Of a stretch of 28,896 nt of DNA, positions 18,302 through 27,840 are shown in pieces. The notes beneath the pieces were generated by a model, which made no database searches, was not told the origin of the DNA, and saw only the letters and a program-made list of their open reading frames with translations. Position numbers and translations under genes: made by a program. Source of the stretch: an uncultured Thermococci archaeon (GTDB lineage: Archaea; CAYQAE01; CAYVLA01); the NCBI GenBank assembly GCA_964549615.1, contig CAZJVP010000086.1:1-28896 (forward strand). The letters run 5' to 3'. The first letter of the stretch is position 1. Each line of letters begins with the position of its first letter.

Positions 18302-19054
18302 CTATCTCTGGAGACTTTTCAGCAACTCGATGGGGATGGGAACCACGATCGTGTTCGCCTTCTCGGCGGCCGCCTCGGTGAGAGTTCCGAGCAGCCTAAG
18401 CTGGAGGGATCCCGGGCTCTTCTGCAGCGTCTTTGCGGCCTCCGCGAGCTGCATGGCGGCCTGCATCTCACCCTGGGCGGAGATTATCCTGCCCCTCCGG
18501 TCCCTCTCTGCCTCCGCCTGCTTGGCCATTGCCCTCTTCATGCCCTCGGGCACCTCGACCTGCTTCAGCTCGACGGCGCTCACCTTGATTCCCCACGGGT
18601 CAGTGGCCTCGTCGATGATCGTCTGCAGCTGCTTGTTCAGCTTCTCGCGCTCCGAGAGAAGCTCGTCCAAGCTGGCTTGCCCTACCACCACCCTCAGGGT
18701 CGTCTGAGAATACAGGGAGGTCGCAGCCACGTAGTTCGTGACCTGCACGATTGCCTTCTCCGGGTCCATTATTCGGAAGTAGACCACGGCATCGACCTTG
18801 ACCGGCACGTTGTCCCTGGTTATTACCTCTTGGGCCGGCACGTCCAACACGGTCGTCCTGAGGTCAAGTTTGACCATGTTCTCGAAGATGGGGATTATGA
18901 AGAAAAGCCCCGGCCCCCTCGCGCCGACGAGCCTGCCCAACCTGAAGATCACGCCCCTCTCGTATTCCTTGACGATCCTGATCGCTGAGGCGAGTATTAT
19001 CAGCGCGAGGAAAACGAGCGGCCCGATGATCCACGCCAAGTCTTCCGCAGCCAC
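18302..19054 (-). CDS. Stomatin/SPFH (slipin) family membrane protein
   Basis: N-terminal TM, IVKEYERGVIFRLGR, QEVITRDNV, TDPWGIKV, AMAKQAEAER. Has its own TTTATA at 19089-19094 on the minus strand. Confidence 0.96.
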   Translation of the reverse strand: MAAEDLAWIIGPLVFLALIILASAIRIVKEYERGVIFRLGRLVGARGPGLFFIIPIFENMVKLDLRTTVLDVPAQEVITRDNVPVKVDAVVYFRIMDPEKAIVQVTNYVAATSLYSQTTLRVVVGQASLDELLSEREKLNKQLQTIIDEATDPWGIKVSAVELKQVEVPEGMKRAMAKQAEAERDRRGRIISAQGEMQAAMQLAEAAKTLQKSPGSLQLRLLGTLTEAAAEKANTIVVPIPIELLKSLQR

Positions 19055-19232
19055 CTAGTCCACCGGGCACTGTAGACCTAAAATCCAATATAAATCTTTG
19101 GCAGGGCTCCTCCTTGCAAAATTCGGCGCAGGCTCGCCGAGATCTAGGCTCCGCCCGTCCGAATTCGATCCTGGGGAAAGAGCTTTTCAACCCGAGCGCT
19201 CCAGGCCGCGTGAGGTCGGACGCTTGGGAAGG

Positions 19233-20165
19233 GTGTGTCCCCGGGAGAACTTCATGTTGGCCGTGGAGCGGGAGGCCCCCTTCTGGCTGCCGTGTCCGCT
19301 TTTCGATGGGTCGGTGGCGACGATCGGCCACGGGCTGAGGGAACGGGTGGATTCGGGAGAGGATGACTGGGGCGTCCGGTGGGAGGCCAAGGAACCGAGA
19401 TCAGGAAGCTTCCCGGTCATTCACCCCATCACTTCGCCGGAGCTAGTGGAGGACTATCCTTTCCCTTCGCCGGACGACCCGCGCCTGGCAAGGGCTGCCC
19501 GGGATTCGGCGTCAAAGGCCGATCGGGATAGGGCCGTGCTGTTTGGGGACAATGGGTGGGGGCTTTTCGAGAGGTCGTGGCTGCTGCTTGGGATGCGGAG
19601 GTTCTTTCACTGGGCGTTGAGGTACCCGGATGCGCTTTCGGCGTTGCTCGACCGGATAACCGAGGTCAAGGTTCGGCTTTCCGAGGTCTTGATCACCGAA
19701 GGCGGGGCAGAGGTGCTGGGGTACGGGGACGACTGGGGGATGGAGACGGGACTCCTTTTCTCCAGAAGTCTGTGGGAGAGGTTCATAAGGCCGCGCCAAG
19801 AGAGGCTCTACAGGGTCGCAAGGGATTACGGCGTTCTGGTCTTCCAGCACAGCGACGGCATGGTCCAGGACTTAGTTCCCGATCTTCTGGACATAGGGGT
19901 TGACATCATGAACCTTCAGAGGGAGTGCAACGACTGGCCGGGCTTGATGAAGAGGCATGGCAAGAGGGTCGTGCTCTGGGGCGGCGTCAGCGCAAGGACG
20001 CTGGACCTGGGAAGCGCGGCCCAGATAAGGGCCGAGGTTGAGGAATGCTGCGTTCTCGGAAGGGAGGGCGGAGTCGTTTTGGCTCCGGGGCATTCCCTCA
20101 AATTTGAGAGGAGGAAGTTGGGCGTTATGCGCAGGGCGTGGGCCGAGAAGGGTGTGTACCGTTGA
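19233..20165 (+). CDS. Uroporphyrinogen-decarboxylase-family (URO-D/MtaA-like) TIM-barrel protein
   Basis: Motifs DDWGVRW, GLFERSWLLLG, GDDWG, HSDG, LWGGVS, GGVVLAPGH. Start probably GTG 19233 (xPRENF..AV); the track start is 19098. Confidence 0.85.
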   Translation: MCPRENFMLAVEREAPFWLPCPLFDGSVATIGHGLRERVDSGEDDWGVRWEAKEPRSGSFPVIHPITSPELVEDYPFPSPDDPRLARAARDSASKADRDRAVLFGDNGWGLFERSWLLLGMRRFFHWALRYPDALSALLDRITEVKVRLSEVLITEGGAEVLGYGDDWGMETGLLFSRSLWERFIRPRQERLYRVARDYGVLVFQHSDGMVQDLVPDLLDIGVDIMNLQRECNDWPGLMKRHGKRVVLWGGVSARTLDLGSAAQIRAEVEECCVLGREGGVVLAPGHSLKFERRKLGVMRRAWAEKGVYR

Positions 20166-20313
20166 GGGCGGGATGCGGAAGAGGTTGGGAGGCCGGGCAG
20201 ATGATCTACGTCTCCCTAGATGGAAACGACGCGTGGTCTGGTAGGCGGCCGAGCCCGAACGGGGCCGGGAAGGACGGGCGGATCTGGCGATGCTGTTGCG
20301 TCGGCGGACGGGC

Positions 20314-21657
20314 CTAGCCTTGCGGCCCGGCCCTCCTGACGATGAGCGTGAGTCCCTTTCTTCCCACTATCTCGACATCCGTGTTCGTCTCAATCCTGCC
20401 TTCGGCCGAAGACGCGCTCCAGATCTCACCGCGCACCCTCACCTGCCCGGTGGGGTCAAGCACGCTCACCGTGGTCGCGGTCATGCCGATGAGCTCCTGG
20501 CCGCCGGTTACGGCGGGCTTCTTTCGCGCCTTGATCACGTATCGCATCGAGACGGCAAAGAATGCCACGAATCCAGCGACGAGGGTTAGGGCGGTGATGG
20601 TGAACGTCCTGTACCACTCCCTCGGCATGTAGAACGCCGGTTCAACCCCCCATTTCGGGGGAACGAAGAGTATCCCGAACACGAAGCTCACGATGGCCGC
20701 GGCGGTGAAGAGGCCGAAACTCGGGGTGGCCGCCTCGGCTGCGAGGAAGATCGCGCCGAGAACCAGAAGCAGGATTCCGACGATGTTTGCCCCCACGATC
20801 CCGAGTCCGAAGAGGGCGAGCACGATGCATATTGCGCCGATCGTCTCGGGGACGTATGTTCCCGGCGAGGCGAACCCGAAGATCAGGCCGTACAAGCCGA
20901 TCATGAGCAGCACGTAGGCCAATGTCGGGTTGCTGAAGAAGTTGGTGAACCTCTCCGAAGCGCTCAGCTCGACGTACTTCACCCTGGCGTCGGAGAGCGT
21001 TACCGCCGGCTTGCTTCCGTCGGCCAGGGTCCCGTGGATCTGGAACTCCTCCACCTGGGAAAGCAGGTCTTCGATGTCCGCGGCGATGAAGTCGATCACG
21101 CCGGCGCTCAAAGCCTCGCTTGGCGTGAGAACTAGGTTCTTCGTCACGAATTCGACGCAGGGCTCGGGCGGCCTGCCAACAAGGTTGGCGGTTGACTCCA
21201 TCTTGCCGATGATGTAGGACTTAGTCTTATTGGGCGCGGGCTGGATCACGCCGGTCTGCGGATCGTAACCGCTGATCGGCTCGGCCGCGCCTATGGCGGT
21301 GGCAGGGGCCATTGCCGCGATGTGGGATGCCACCGTGATGAAGGCCCCCGCCGATGCGGCGTTTGCGCCCTTCGGGGCGACGTACACGACGACCGGGACC
21401 TTGGAGGCGAAGATCCTCTTCATGATCTCGAACATGGAGTCCACCCTTCCACCCGGCGTGTCCAGCATGATCACTGCAGCCGCTGCGCCGTCCTCCTCCG
21501 ACAGAGAGATGATCCTGTCGAACTGGCTCACGGTGGGGGGGCCGATGAAGTCGGCCTTGAGCTTCATCACGTACACGAACTTCTCGCAGAATGCGGGGCC
21601 GGCCGACACAAGAAGCGTGACCAAGATGGCCCCGGCAAGGATGCAGGTGGATCGCAT
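20314..21657 (-). CDS. nfeD: NfeD long form: membrane-bound ClpP-class serine protease (stomatin operon partner)
   Basis: Signal peptide, LDTPGG, AASAG (catalytic Ser), AMAPATAIGAA, multiple TMs and C-terminal NfeD OB domain GQVRVRGEIWSA. TTTAAG at 21696-21701 on the minus strand. Confidence 0.94.
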   Translation of the reverse strand: MRSTCILAGAILVTLLVSAGPAFCEKFVYVMKLKADFIGPPTVSQFDRIISLSEEDGAAAAVIMLDTPGGRVDSMFEIMKRIFASKVPVVVYVAPKGANAASAGAFITVASHIAAMAPATAIGAAEPISGYDPQTGVIQPAPNKTKSYIIGKMESTANLVGRPPEPCVEFVTKNLVLTPSEALSAGVIDFIAADIEDLLSQVEEFQIHGTLADGSKPAVTLSDARVKYVELSASERFTNFFSNPTLAYVLLMIGLYGLIFGFASPGTYVPETIGAICIVLALFGLGIVGANIVGILLLVLGAIFLAAEAATPSFGLFTAAAIVSFVFGILFVPPKWGVEPAFYMPREWYRTFTITALTLVAGFVAFFAVSMRYVIKARKKPAVTGGQELIGMTATTVSVLDPTGQVRVRGEIWSASSAEGRIETNTDVEIVGRKGLTLIVRRAGPQG

Positions 21658-21724
21658 TGATGCTCCCCGTGACGTATGCTCCTTGAAGTCTGCGGCTTAA
21701 AATCCTTTGTTTGGGCGTTGGGGT

Positions 21725-22525
21725 CTAGCCTAGGCGGAAGCCGCGCGAGGTGAGGGGCAAGGCGCGAGCCATGGCGGCTACGCACCTCCTGGACGAGACG
21801 ATCGCGCGGATCGGCCCGAAACCGTGAAGGAGAACTCGGGCCATGGACGCCATGGTCGCTCCATTGCTGAGCATCCGTAGGAAGCTTTCCTCGTCCGTCA
21901 CCGAGTTATTGCCGATTATCGGAAGGTCGGTCGAGGACGTCGTTTGCCTGAGGAGGCGGATGTCCGGCCCCGGATGGCCGGGCTTCATGAGGTCCAAATG
22001 CAGGGCGAGTGCCCCGGAATCCTCAAGCTGCGAAGGAAGGCCGGGAGGAATGCACATCGCCCGAGCCTTGACCAGCGTGGGCAGGTACCGGGATGATGCC
22101 GAGACGGCCCTGGCCAGCACCCCGGGACGAGACAGAAGGCCCTCACCAGCGCCGACCTCAACGAACTCCTGCTGTCTGCAATGTGCGTTCAGCTCAATGA
22201 CGTCCACCGTCCCTACCAGCCGACGGCAAAGCTTGGCAAGTTCCCTCGGCGCCGCGAACCTCAGGTTCACACAGATCGCCACGCCATCGGCACGCGCGAC
22301 ATCGGCTTCCTTGCGAATGTGCTCTGGAAGCGCCGAAGGTCGGATGGGAAACTCCCTTCTCTTCTTTCCGACGTGAAGTCCGGCTCGGTGGGTGGGTCCG
22401 TCCGCGTTGTAGCCGCCGAGCGTCACCATGGCGGCACCGGCCTCCGCCGCAGCCCTGCAGAAGCGGCCATCCGACCATCCCGCCATCGCCGACTGGATCA
22501 GGAGGTTCTTGAGAAAGATCGGCAA
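21725..22525 (-). CDS. MJ0144-type tRNA-dihydrouridine-synthase-like FMN TIM-barrel protein
   Basis: Motifs SAMAGWSD, LGGYNAD, ELNAHCRQ, GAGE.LL, IIGNNSV, SMAR. Confidence 0.85.
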   Translation of the reverse strand: MPIFLKNLLIQSAMAGWSDGRFCRAAAEAGAAMVTLGGYNADGPTHRAGLHVGKKRREFPIRPSALPEHIRKEADVARADGVAICVNLRFAAPRELAKLCRRLVGTVDVIELNAHCRQQEFVEVGAGEGLLSRPGVLARAVSASSRYLPTLVKARAMCIPPGLPSQLEDSGALALHLDLMKPGHPGPDIRLLRQTTSSTDLPIIGNNSVTDEESFLRMLSNGATMASMARVLLHGFGPIRAIVSSRRCVAAMARALPLTSRGFRLG

Positions 22526-22547
22526 GGGCCATTCACCCGGAGTCCGG

Positions 22548-23759
22548 TCAGTAGGGCCATGACCTCCTGAAAAGGTACGCTATCAGCCCCACGAGGCCCA
22601 GCATGGCCCCGGCCACGACGATCCCGATCAGCGGTGAAGGCCCCACGGTGAGAACCCGGTAGGCTTCTATCAGGGTGAGCGCCCCCTGGGCCTGGACCTG
22701 GAGGTCGCCCATCACGCCGCCGCCGATCTGATCCGTGAAGGATCCCGCGCTCCTGTCATAGCCGCGGCTGAGTATCGAGTCAAGCAGGGATTTGCCTTGG
22801 TTGAGGTATTTCTCCTCTAGGGTGACCTGATAGGCGTACAGGTAAGCGCGCACCATGAGAAGGTGGTCGATGGTCCTGTGGCGCCGCTCGACGATCTCCC
22901 CATCCAGCGAGATTGCCTCCCAGAACGTCCTGGACACCTTGTCGCCCATCCTGCTCACCATGTAGAACATTACATCGATGGCCCTCTGCAGGTAGTCCTT
23001 CCTGTTGGTCTCATCGTACGCAGAAAGGTAAGCCAGAGCAGCGGTCGCATGGTCCCTGCAATATCTTGTGTCATCATCGAGGCTGTGGGAGTACCCGTAG
23101 TTGTTCCTGTCCCAGAACACCTCCGAGCCGGCGAGGATGCGCTTCCCGGCTTCCAGCAAGGTCTGGTTGTGATCCACGGCGTAGGCCTTGAAGAAGGATA
23201 TGGCGGGCTCGAAGTAGTCCATACAGGTGTCCGCCGGCGAACACGTCATGTTCTCGGCGTCCCACCAGGAGTTGACCTTGTTGGAGGCGGGCCCCTCGGT
23301 CAGCCTGTTCAGGATGAAGTCTGCGAGGGCCCTGTACCTCGTCCTGTACTCCTCCTTGGCCGTGCTCCTGTAGGCCTCTATGTAGGCCCGCATCACTATG
23401 GCCTGCTCCTGTATGTGGAAGCGGGGAGGCCCCTCGATGACCCTGCAGTAGCCCCCGTACGGGGAGTCGTAGAACGAGAGGTAGTGCATGATCGCCTCCC
23501 CCCGCTCTAGGCTCTTGCGCTCGCCCGTCGCATTATGAAGCACGAAATGGGCGGACGCGATGAGGCCCTGCTCGTGGGAAAGCTTGACCGGCCTACCGTA
23601 GGGATTGGAGTAGAACCCCTCATACTGGCCGTCCCAGAATTCCCTGTCGATGAAGGACAGCACGGCTCGGGCATCGCGGGCGTACTCAGCCTTCTTCTCC
23701 CTCGCCAGTCCCGACTGGGATAACAGAAGCAGAACAGCCAGGACAAGCTGCCCCCACAT
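22548..23759 (-). CDS. Secreted, C-terminally anchored (alpha/alpha)6-barrel protein (AGE-epimerase/GH76-like six-hairpin fold)
   Basis: Start moved to ATG 23759 (signal MWGQLVLAVLLLLSQSGLA). Repeated FWD...GF/GY and AY..T.E..YL..A helical-hairpin motifs, and a C-terminal TM followed by RR. The track extension to 24122 overlaps the opposite gene. Confidence 0.75.
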   Translation of the reverse strand: MWGQLVLAVLLLLSQSGLAREKKAEYARDARAVLSFIDREFWDGQYEGFYSNPYGRPVKLSHEQGLIASAHFVLHNATGERKSLERGEAIMHYLSFYDSPYGGYCRVIEGPPRFHIQEQAIVMRAYIEAYRSTAKEEYRTRYRALADFILNRLTEGPASNKVNSWWDAENMTCSPADTCMDYFEPAISFFKAYAVDHNQTLLEAGKRILAGSEVFWDRNNYGYSHSLDDDTRYCRDHATAALAYLSAYDETNRKDYLQRAIDVMFYMVSRMGDKVSRTFWEAISLDGEIVERRHRTIDHLLMVRAYLYAYQVTLEEKYLNQGKSLLDSILSRGYDRSAGSFTDQIGGGVMGDLQVQAQGALTLIEAYRVLTVGPSPLIGIVVAGAMLGLVGLIAYLFRRSWPY

Positions 23760-23871
23760 TTTCTGCCTCCGTCCCGCGTGATGGCTTTTCCGATAAATAT
23801 CGCTCGGTGGCCAGCGACGCAACCGCGGAACCGGGGGAAGAGATTTATCGTCGGGATGTTGAGGGGCGGAT
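23760..23871. promoter_or_regulatory. Divergent promoter region with back-to-back TATA-like boxes
   Basis: TTTATC on the minus strand (23792-23797) and on the plus strand (23844-23849). Confidence 0.5.
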
Positions 23872-24921
23872 ATGTCGCTTGAGCTGATGAACTTGGGATT
23901 GGGTTCCCTGCCCCTCCTGTCGAGCGAGGAGACCAGGTCCATATCTGCCGAGAACCCTACTGGCGAACCCGGGAAGGGCGCTATGGCGGTGCCCGAGGGG
24001 GGACCGGCCTCGGAGTTGGGGCGAGGCTGGAAGGTCAGGCCGTGCATCACCCTTCCGAAGGGAACGGTCACGACACTGGCCGAGATCAAGGGTCCCGGGA
24101 GGATCCAGCACATATGGATCACGGTCGATCCGAAGGCCTACAGAGATTGCATACTCAGGTTCCACTGGGACGGGGAGGTTGCGCCGTCGGTGGAGGTGCC
24201 GCTGGGCGATTTCTTCGCATGCGGCCATGCGCTGCGTTACAAGGTCGACAGCCTTCCCATCGCCGTCAACCCATCGGGCGGGTTCAACTCCTACTGGCAG
24301 ATGCCCTTCAGGAAGACGGCTAAGATAACGGTCGAGAACCAGAGGTGGGAGGACATCGGAGGCTTCTTCTACCAGATAACGTATGCCCTGGGCGATGTCC
24401 CGTCGGACGCGGCGTACTTCCACGCGCAGTGGAGGAGGTCCTTGACGTCCCGCGCTTTGCCGCTGCACACCATTCTTGACGGCGTCCGGGGCCGGGGCCA
24501 CTACGTTGGCACCTTCCTGGCCTGGACCCAGCTCTCAAACGGCTGGTGGGGGGAGGGCGAGATGAAGTTCTACATAGATGAGGACGAGGAGAACCCAACC
24601 ATCTGCGGGACGGGGACGGAGGACTATTTCGGCGGCGCCTGGGGCTTCGGCGACACCTACTCGACGGCCTTCCTTGGGTATCCTCTGTGGCGCAAGGAGC
24701 CGGGAGAGGTGCCCAAGCATGCCCTGTACAGGTGGCACATCATGGACCCCATACGCTTCCAGAAGAGGCTCAAGGTCACCATACAGGCCTTGGGCTGGTG
24801 GCCCAACCACAAGTTCCAACCGCTGACCGACGACATAGCATCGGTGGGCTACTGGTACCAGGCCGAGCCCCATGCCGCCTTCCCGCAGATGCCAAGCATC
24901 TCTGAGCGCTGGCCTCGTTGA
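23872..24921 (+). CDS. Glycoside hydrolase family 172 (DUF2961)
   Basis: Motifs SISAENPTG, GPGRIQHIW, PSVEVPLGDFF, NSYWQMPF, WWGEGE, GTGTEDYF, YRWHIMDPI, YWYQ. Confidence 0.93.
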   Translation: MSLELMNLGLGSLPLLSSEETRSISAENPTGEPGKGAMAVPEGGPASELGRGWKVRPCITLPKGTVTTLAEIKGPGRIQHIWITVDPKAYRDCILRFHWDGEVAPSVEVPLGDFFACGHALRYKVDSLPIAVNPSGGFNSYWQMPFRKTAKITVENQRWEDIGGFFYQITYALGDVPSDAAYFHAQWRRSLTSRALPLHTILDGVRGRGHYVGTFLAWTQLSNGWWGEGEMKFYIDEDEENPTICGTGTEDYFGGAWGFGDTYSTAFLGYPLWRKEPGEVPKHALYRWHIMDPIRFQKRLKVTIQALGWWPNHKFQPLTDDIASVGYWYQAEPHAAFPQMPSISERWPR

Positions 24922-24944
24922 GGTTGGACTGAGGCTTGAGGTTG

Positions 24945-25466
24945 ATGGGTAGATCGCTTCCACTGGGCTGTCTGTGTCTGGCGTTAGCCATCTCCGCTGC
25001 GCTGCGCGCAGGAACCTACAACGAGATCAGCGTTGATCAGGCCTACGCGATCCTGAGTGCCGATGGGAGCGTCTTTCTCCTGGATGTGAGGAGCCAGGAT
25101 GAGTACGAGGAGGGCCACATCCCTGGTGCCTATCTTATCCCCCACACGGAGATAGCCCAGCGCAAGGCGGAGCTACCTGCGGATCTGTCCGCGCCGGTCG
25201 TCGTCTACTGTTTGGCCGGCTATCGGTCGGCGCAGGCAAGCAGCGTCCTTTCCGATCTCGGATACTCAAACGTGAGCAACGTGGCGGGCGGTTTTTCCGA
25301 ATGGAAGGCGAAGGGTTATCCCTATGTCGTTGGCGCGGACAGGGGCTCTTTCGCGGTGCCGGATTCCTTTTCGCCCCTCTCGGCCGTCGTGCTCTGGGTC
25401 GGTCTTGCTTTGGCGTTGAGGGTCCCTGAGAGCGGCGCAGCCATCTCGACGGCTCGGCGTCCCTGA
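24945..25466 (+). CDS. Secreted/membrane-anchored rhodanese-like domain protein
   Basis: Signal peptide, LLDVRSQDEYEEGHIPGA, active-site loop YCLAGYRS, GGFSEW and a C-terminal hydrophobic segment. Confidence 0.88.
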   Translation: MGRSLPLGCLCLALAISAALRAGTYNEISVDQAYAILSADGSVFLLDVRSQDEYEEGHIPGAYLIPHTEIAQRKAELPADLSAPVVVYCLAGYRSAQASSVLSDLGYSNVSNVAGGFSEWKAKGYPYVVGADRGSFAVPDSFSPLSAVVLWVGLALALRVPESGAAISTARRP

Positions 25467-25555
25467 TCCGATCAAGCTCCACGACGCCCTCCTGAGGCTG
25501 AGGGGCGACCAAAACAATCTTAACCCAGCCCACCTGCGGCCAAGCGGGACCGTCG

Positions 25556-26551
25556 ATGGGAAGATTTGGGCTAGCTGTCTGGTCGCATCATATCAGGGAC
25601 TTTGGCGGAAGGGAGGATGTGGAGAAACATGCCGAGAGGCTGGCGGATGCGGGCTACGACATACTGATCCCGTGCGTGAAGAACCCGCCAGGGGCTGTGG
25701 ACTTCTTCACTGACCTGGCGGATGTCAACCCCGCCTATCCCAGCTGGGATCCCCTGAAGGTCCTGATCGAGTCCTGCCAAGCGAGGGGAGTGAAGGTCCA
25801 TCCTTGGTTCTGCGTCTTCACGGAGGGCGAGCAATCAAGGCTCCTGAGGGAACGCCCGGAGCTGAGGGCAAGGATAGAGGGCGACCTGCGATGGGCATGC
25901 GCTTGCCGCGAGGAGGTGCAAGAAAACGTGTTCAACCTGTACAGGGACCTTGCACTGCGGTACCGGCCGGATGGGCTCCACCTGGACTATATCAGAACCG
26001 GAGGCCTGTGCCGGTGCGGGTTCTGCAAGGAGCAGATGAGGGCCAAGGGCGTCGACATCGAGACCGTGGAGTTCAGGGATCCCGCGTCCGAGCTGTGGAC
26101 CGAGTGGCGCGCGTCGAAGATCACCGGTTTTGTCAAGCGCCTTCACGAGTTCACCTCGGCGCGTCGCATGGAGCTTTCTGCTGCCGTCTTCGCCGCCTAC
26201 CCGGATTCGATAAGGGGCCAGGCTCAGGACTGGGTACAGTGGGCCGAGCTGGGGATAGTGGACTATATCTTCCCCATGAACTACACGAACTCCCTCCGCG
26301 TTGCCGCCGCGCGCACGACCTCGCACATCGCCCTGGTCAAAGGGAGGGCGCCTGTGTGGGAGGGGCTCGGCAAGAGCAGCAGCGCATCGCAGCTCAGCAC
26401 CGAGGCCCTGCAGATGCAGGTCAGGGAGGTGGTTCGGGCAGGGGCGAAGGGCGTCGTCCTCTTCCACTACGGGGCGATCACCCCCCAAGATGACGAGGCG
26501 ATAAAGGCCCTGAGAAGGTGGGGCCGGACCGGACGAAAGGCGGAGGCGTAG
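25556..26551 (+). CDS. Glycosyl-hydrolase-like 10 (GHL10/DUF187) protein
   Basis: Motifs WDPL..LIE.C..RGVKVHPW, DGLHLDYIR, LSAAVF, QDW..W...G.VDYIFPMNY, GVVLF. Confidence 0.88.
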   Translation: MGRFGLAVWSHHIRDFGGREDVEKHAERLADAGYDILIPCVKNPPGAVDFFTDLADVNPAYPSWDPLKVLIESCQARGVKVHPWFCVFTEGEQSRLLRERPELRARIEGDLRWACACREEVQENVFNLYRDLALRYRPDGLHLDYIRTGGLCRCGFCKEQMRAKGVDIETVEFRDPASELWTEWRASKITGFVKRLHEFTSARRMELSAAVFAAYPDSIRGQAQDWVQWAELGIVDYIFPMNYTNSLRVAAARTTSHIALVKGRAPVWEGLGKSSSASQLSTEALQMQVREVVRAGAKGVVLFHYGAITPQDDEAIKALRRWGRTGRKAEA

Positions 26552-26596
26552 GGCTTGAGAGGGGGGAAGCGTGATCTGCAAGCCCCACAAAATATC

Positions 26597-27840
26597 GGTG
26601 CTGTCCTGTCATTGGCTATCTTTCTGTCCTGCCTGTGACCGTGCTGGTTGTGTGGTCTTCCACCGGGTGGTAGATGGTTTTCCACGCGGACTTATACAGA
26701 TTTCTGTTGGTGTATCTGACCAGAAGCAGGGTTAGAAGGTTGTTCAATCCTTTCTCGGACCAGTGGGCCCACCTGTTCTTCACCCTCTTGGCAACCTCGC
26801 CCATCAGCCTCTCCATCAGGTTGACCGTGTAAGGTATCCTGACATGCTCCAGGGCCAGCCTGGCGAACACGACCATCTCCTGGACAGACCTTGACACAAA
26901 CCCGGCTGCAGAGGCACACCCCTCCGCTTTAAGCCTTGCCGCATAGATGTCCAGAGCCTTCAAGGCCTGCGTGATCCTGCGCCTCAACCAGGCTGGGTTG
27001 GGTGATAGGAGGTGTCTCTTCACAGACCTGACCAGGCGAAAGAGGATGCCTGCCAGATCCCTGACCAGTGAAAGCCTCACCTTGGTAGGTATGTGCTGGC
27101 TCTGTTTCCAGAGCTTGAAGTTGACAGCCCGGGCAACATGAAGCAGACAGAGCTGGTAGGCAGCTGTACAGCCGTGAAAGCTGGTGCGGATCTCCGGCTC
27201 AGCATCACCCACCATGACACACCTCTCCGCGGGCAGGCCCATCCTGGCCAGGTTGTGTGAGATCTCTTTCCAGGGCTTGTTCACAGAGCTTGAAAGAAGG
27301 ATCTTGTCCCCATCCTTTCCTTGGGCGATGACCACTCTGGCATCGTTCTTCCTCCCCCTGGCCGTGCTGCTGTGGGTCTTGGTTCCATCAGCCTGAAGCA
27401 GAGCGAGCCTGTCACCCTTCTTCAGCCTCCTTACCTGGCCTTGGACGTACTCCTTGTTCACCTGGGCCATGGCTGGTCCGGCTTCCTGTACGAACCTGTG
27501 GATGCTGGACCGGGCGGGAGAGATGCCTGTTGCCTGCAGGTGGGTTTCGGAGGCGTCTCGGTAGGACACCTTCACGGCTAGGTCGGCACAGCTCTGCCTG
27601 ACGTCCGGGCAGTACCTCTGATTGGTCTTCAGGCCGAGCAGTCCTAGAAGCGGGGCGTACCAACCCCCGGTATCCTTGTCACGGACCCTGCACAGCCTTA
27701 TCCTGACGGGTCCCAGCTCCGTTATGATCCACCTCTTCCTGGAGCCCCTGGAACCTTTCCGGCTGTGCCTGGATGTGTTGTTCCTCTTGTACCTGGGTCC
27801 GCACAGCCTGGTTAGGCAGTCCTCTTGTATCTTTTCCAGT
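26597..27840 (-). mobile_element. ISH6-like (Mutator/IS256-superfamily) insertion sequence, left end missing because of the adjacent insertion
   Basis: Putative terminus GGTGCTGTC at 26597, just past the transposase stop; ISH6-family ends begin with GGT. Transposase-like coding stops at 27840, where an IS66-like end starts. Confidence 0.65.
26616..27840 (-). pseudogene. ISH6/ISLre2-like DDE transposase, 5'-truncated
   Basis: DDE and CxxH motifs QADGT, VGDAE, LCLLH, NLMERL. The frame stays open upstream of the track start (LEKIQEDCLTRLCGPRYKR...RWIITELGPV...QRYCPDVR...VSYRDA), with no ATG/GTG/TTG before an in-frame TAA at 27849-27851. Confidence 0.8.

Noticed and set aside
23760-24122. 121-aa N-terminal extension of the six-hairpin ORF given in the track
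   Set aside because: Overlaps GH172 on the opposite strand; the signal peptide and TATA box support ATG 23759.
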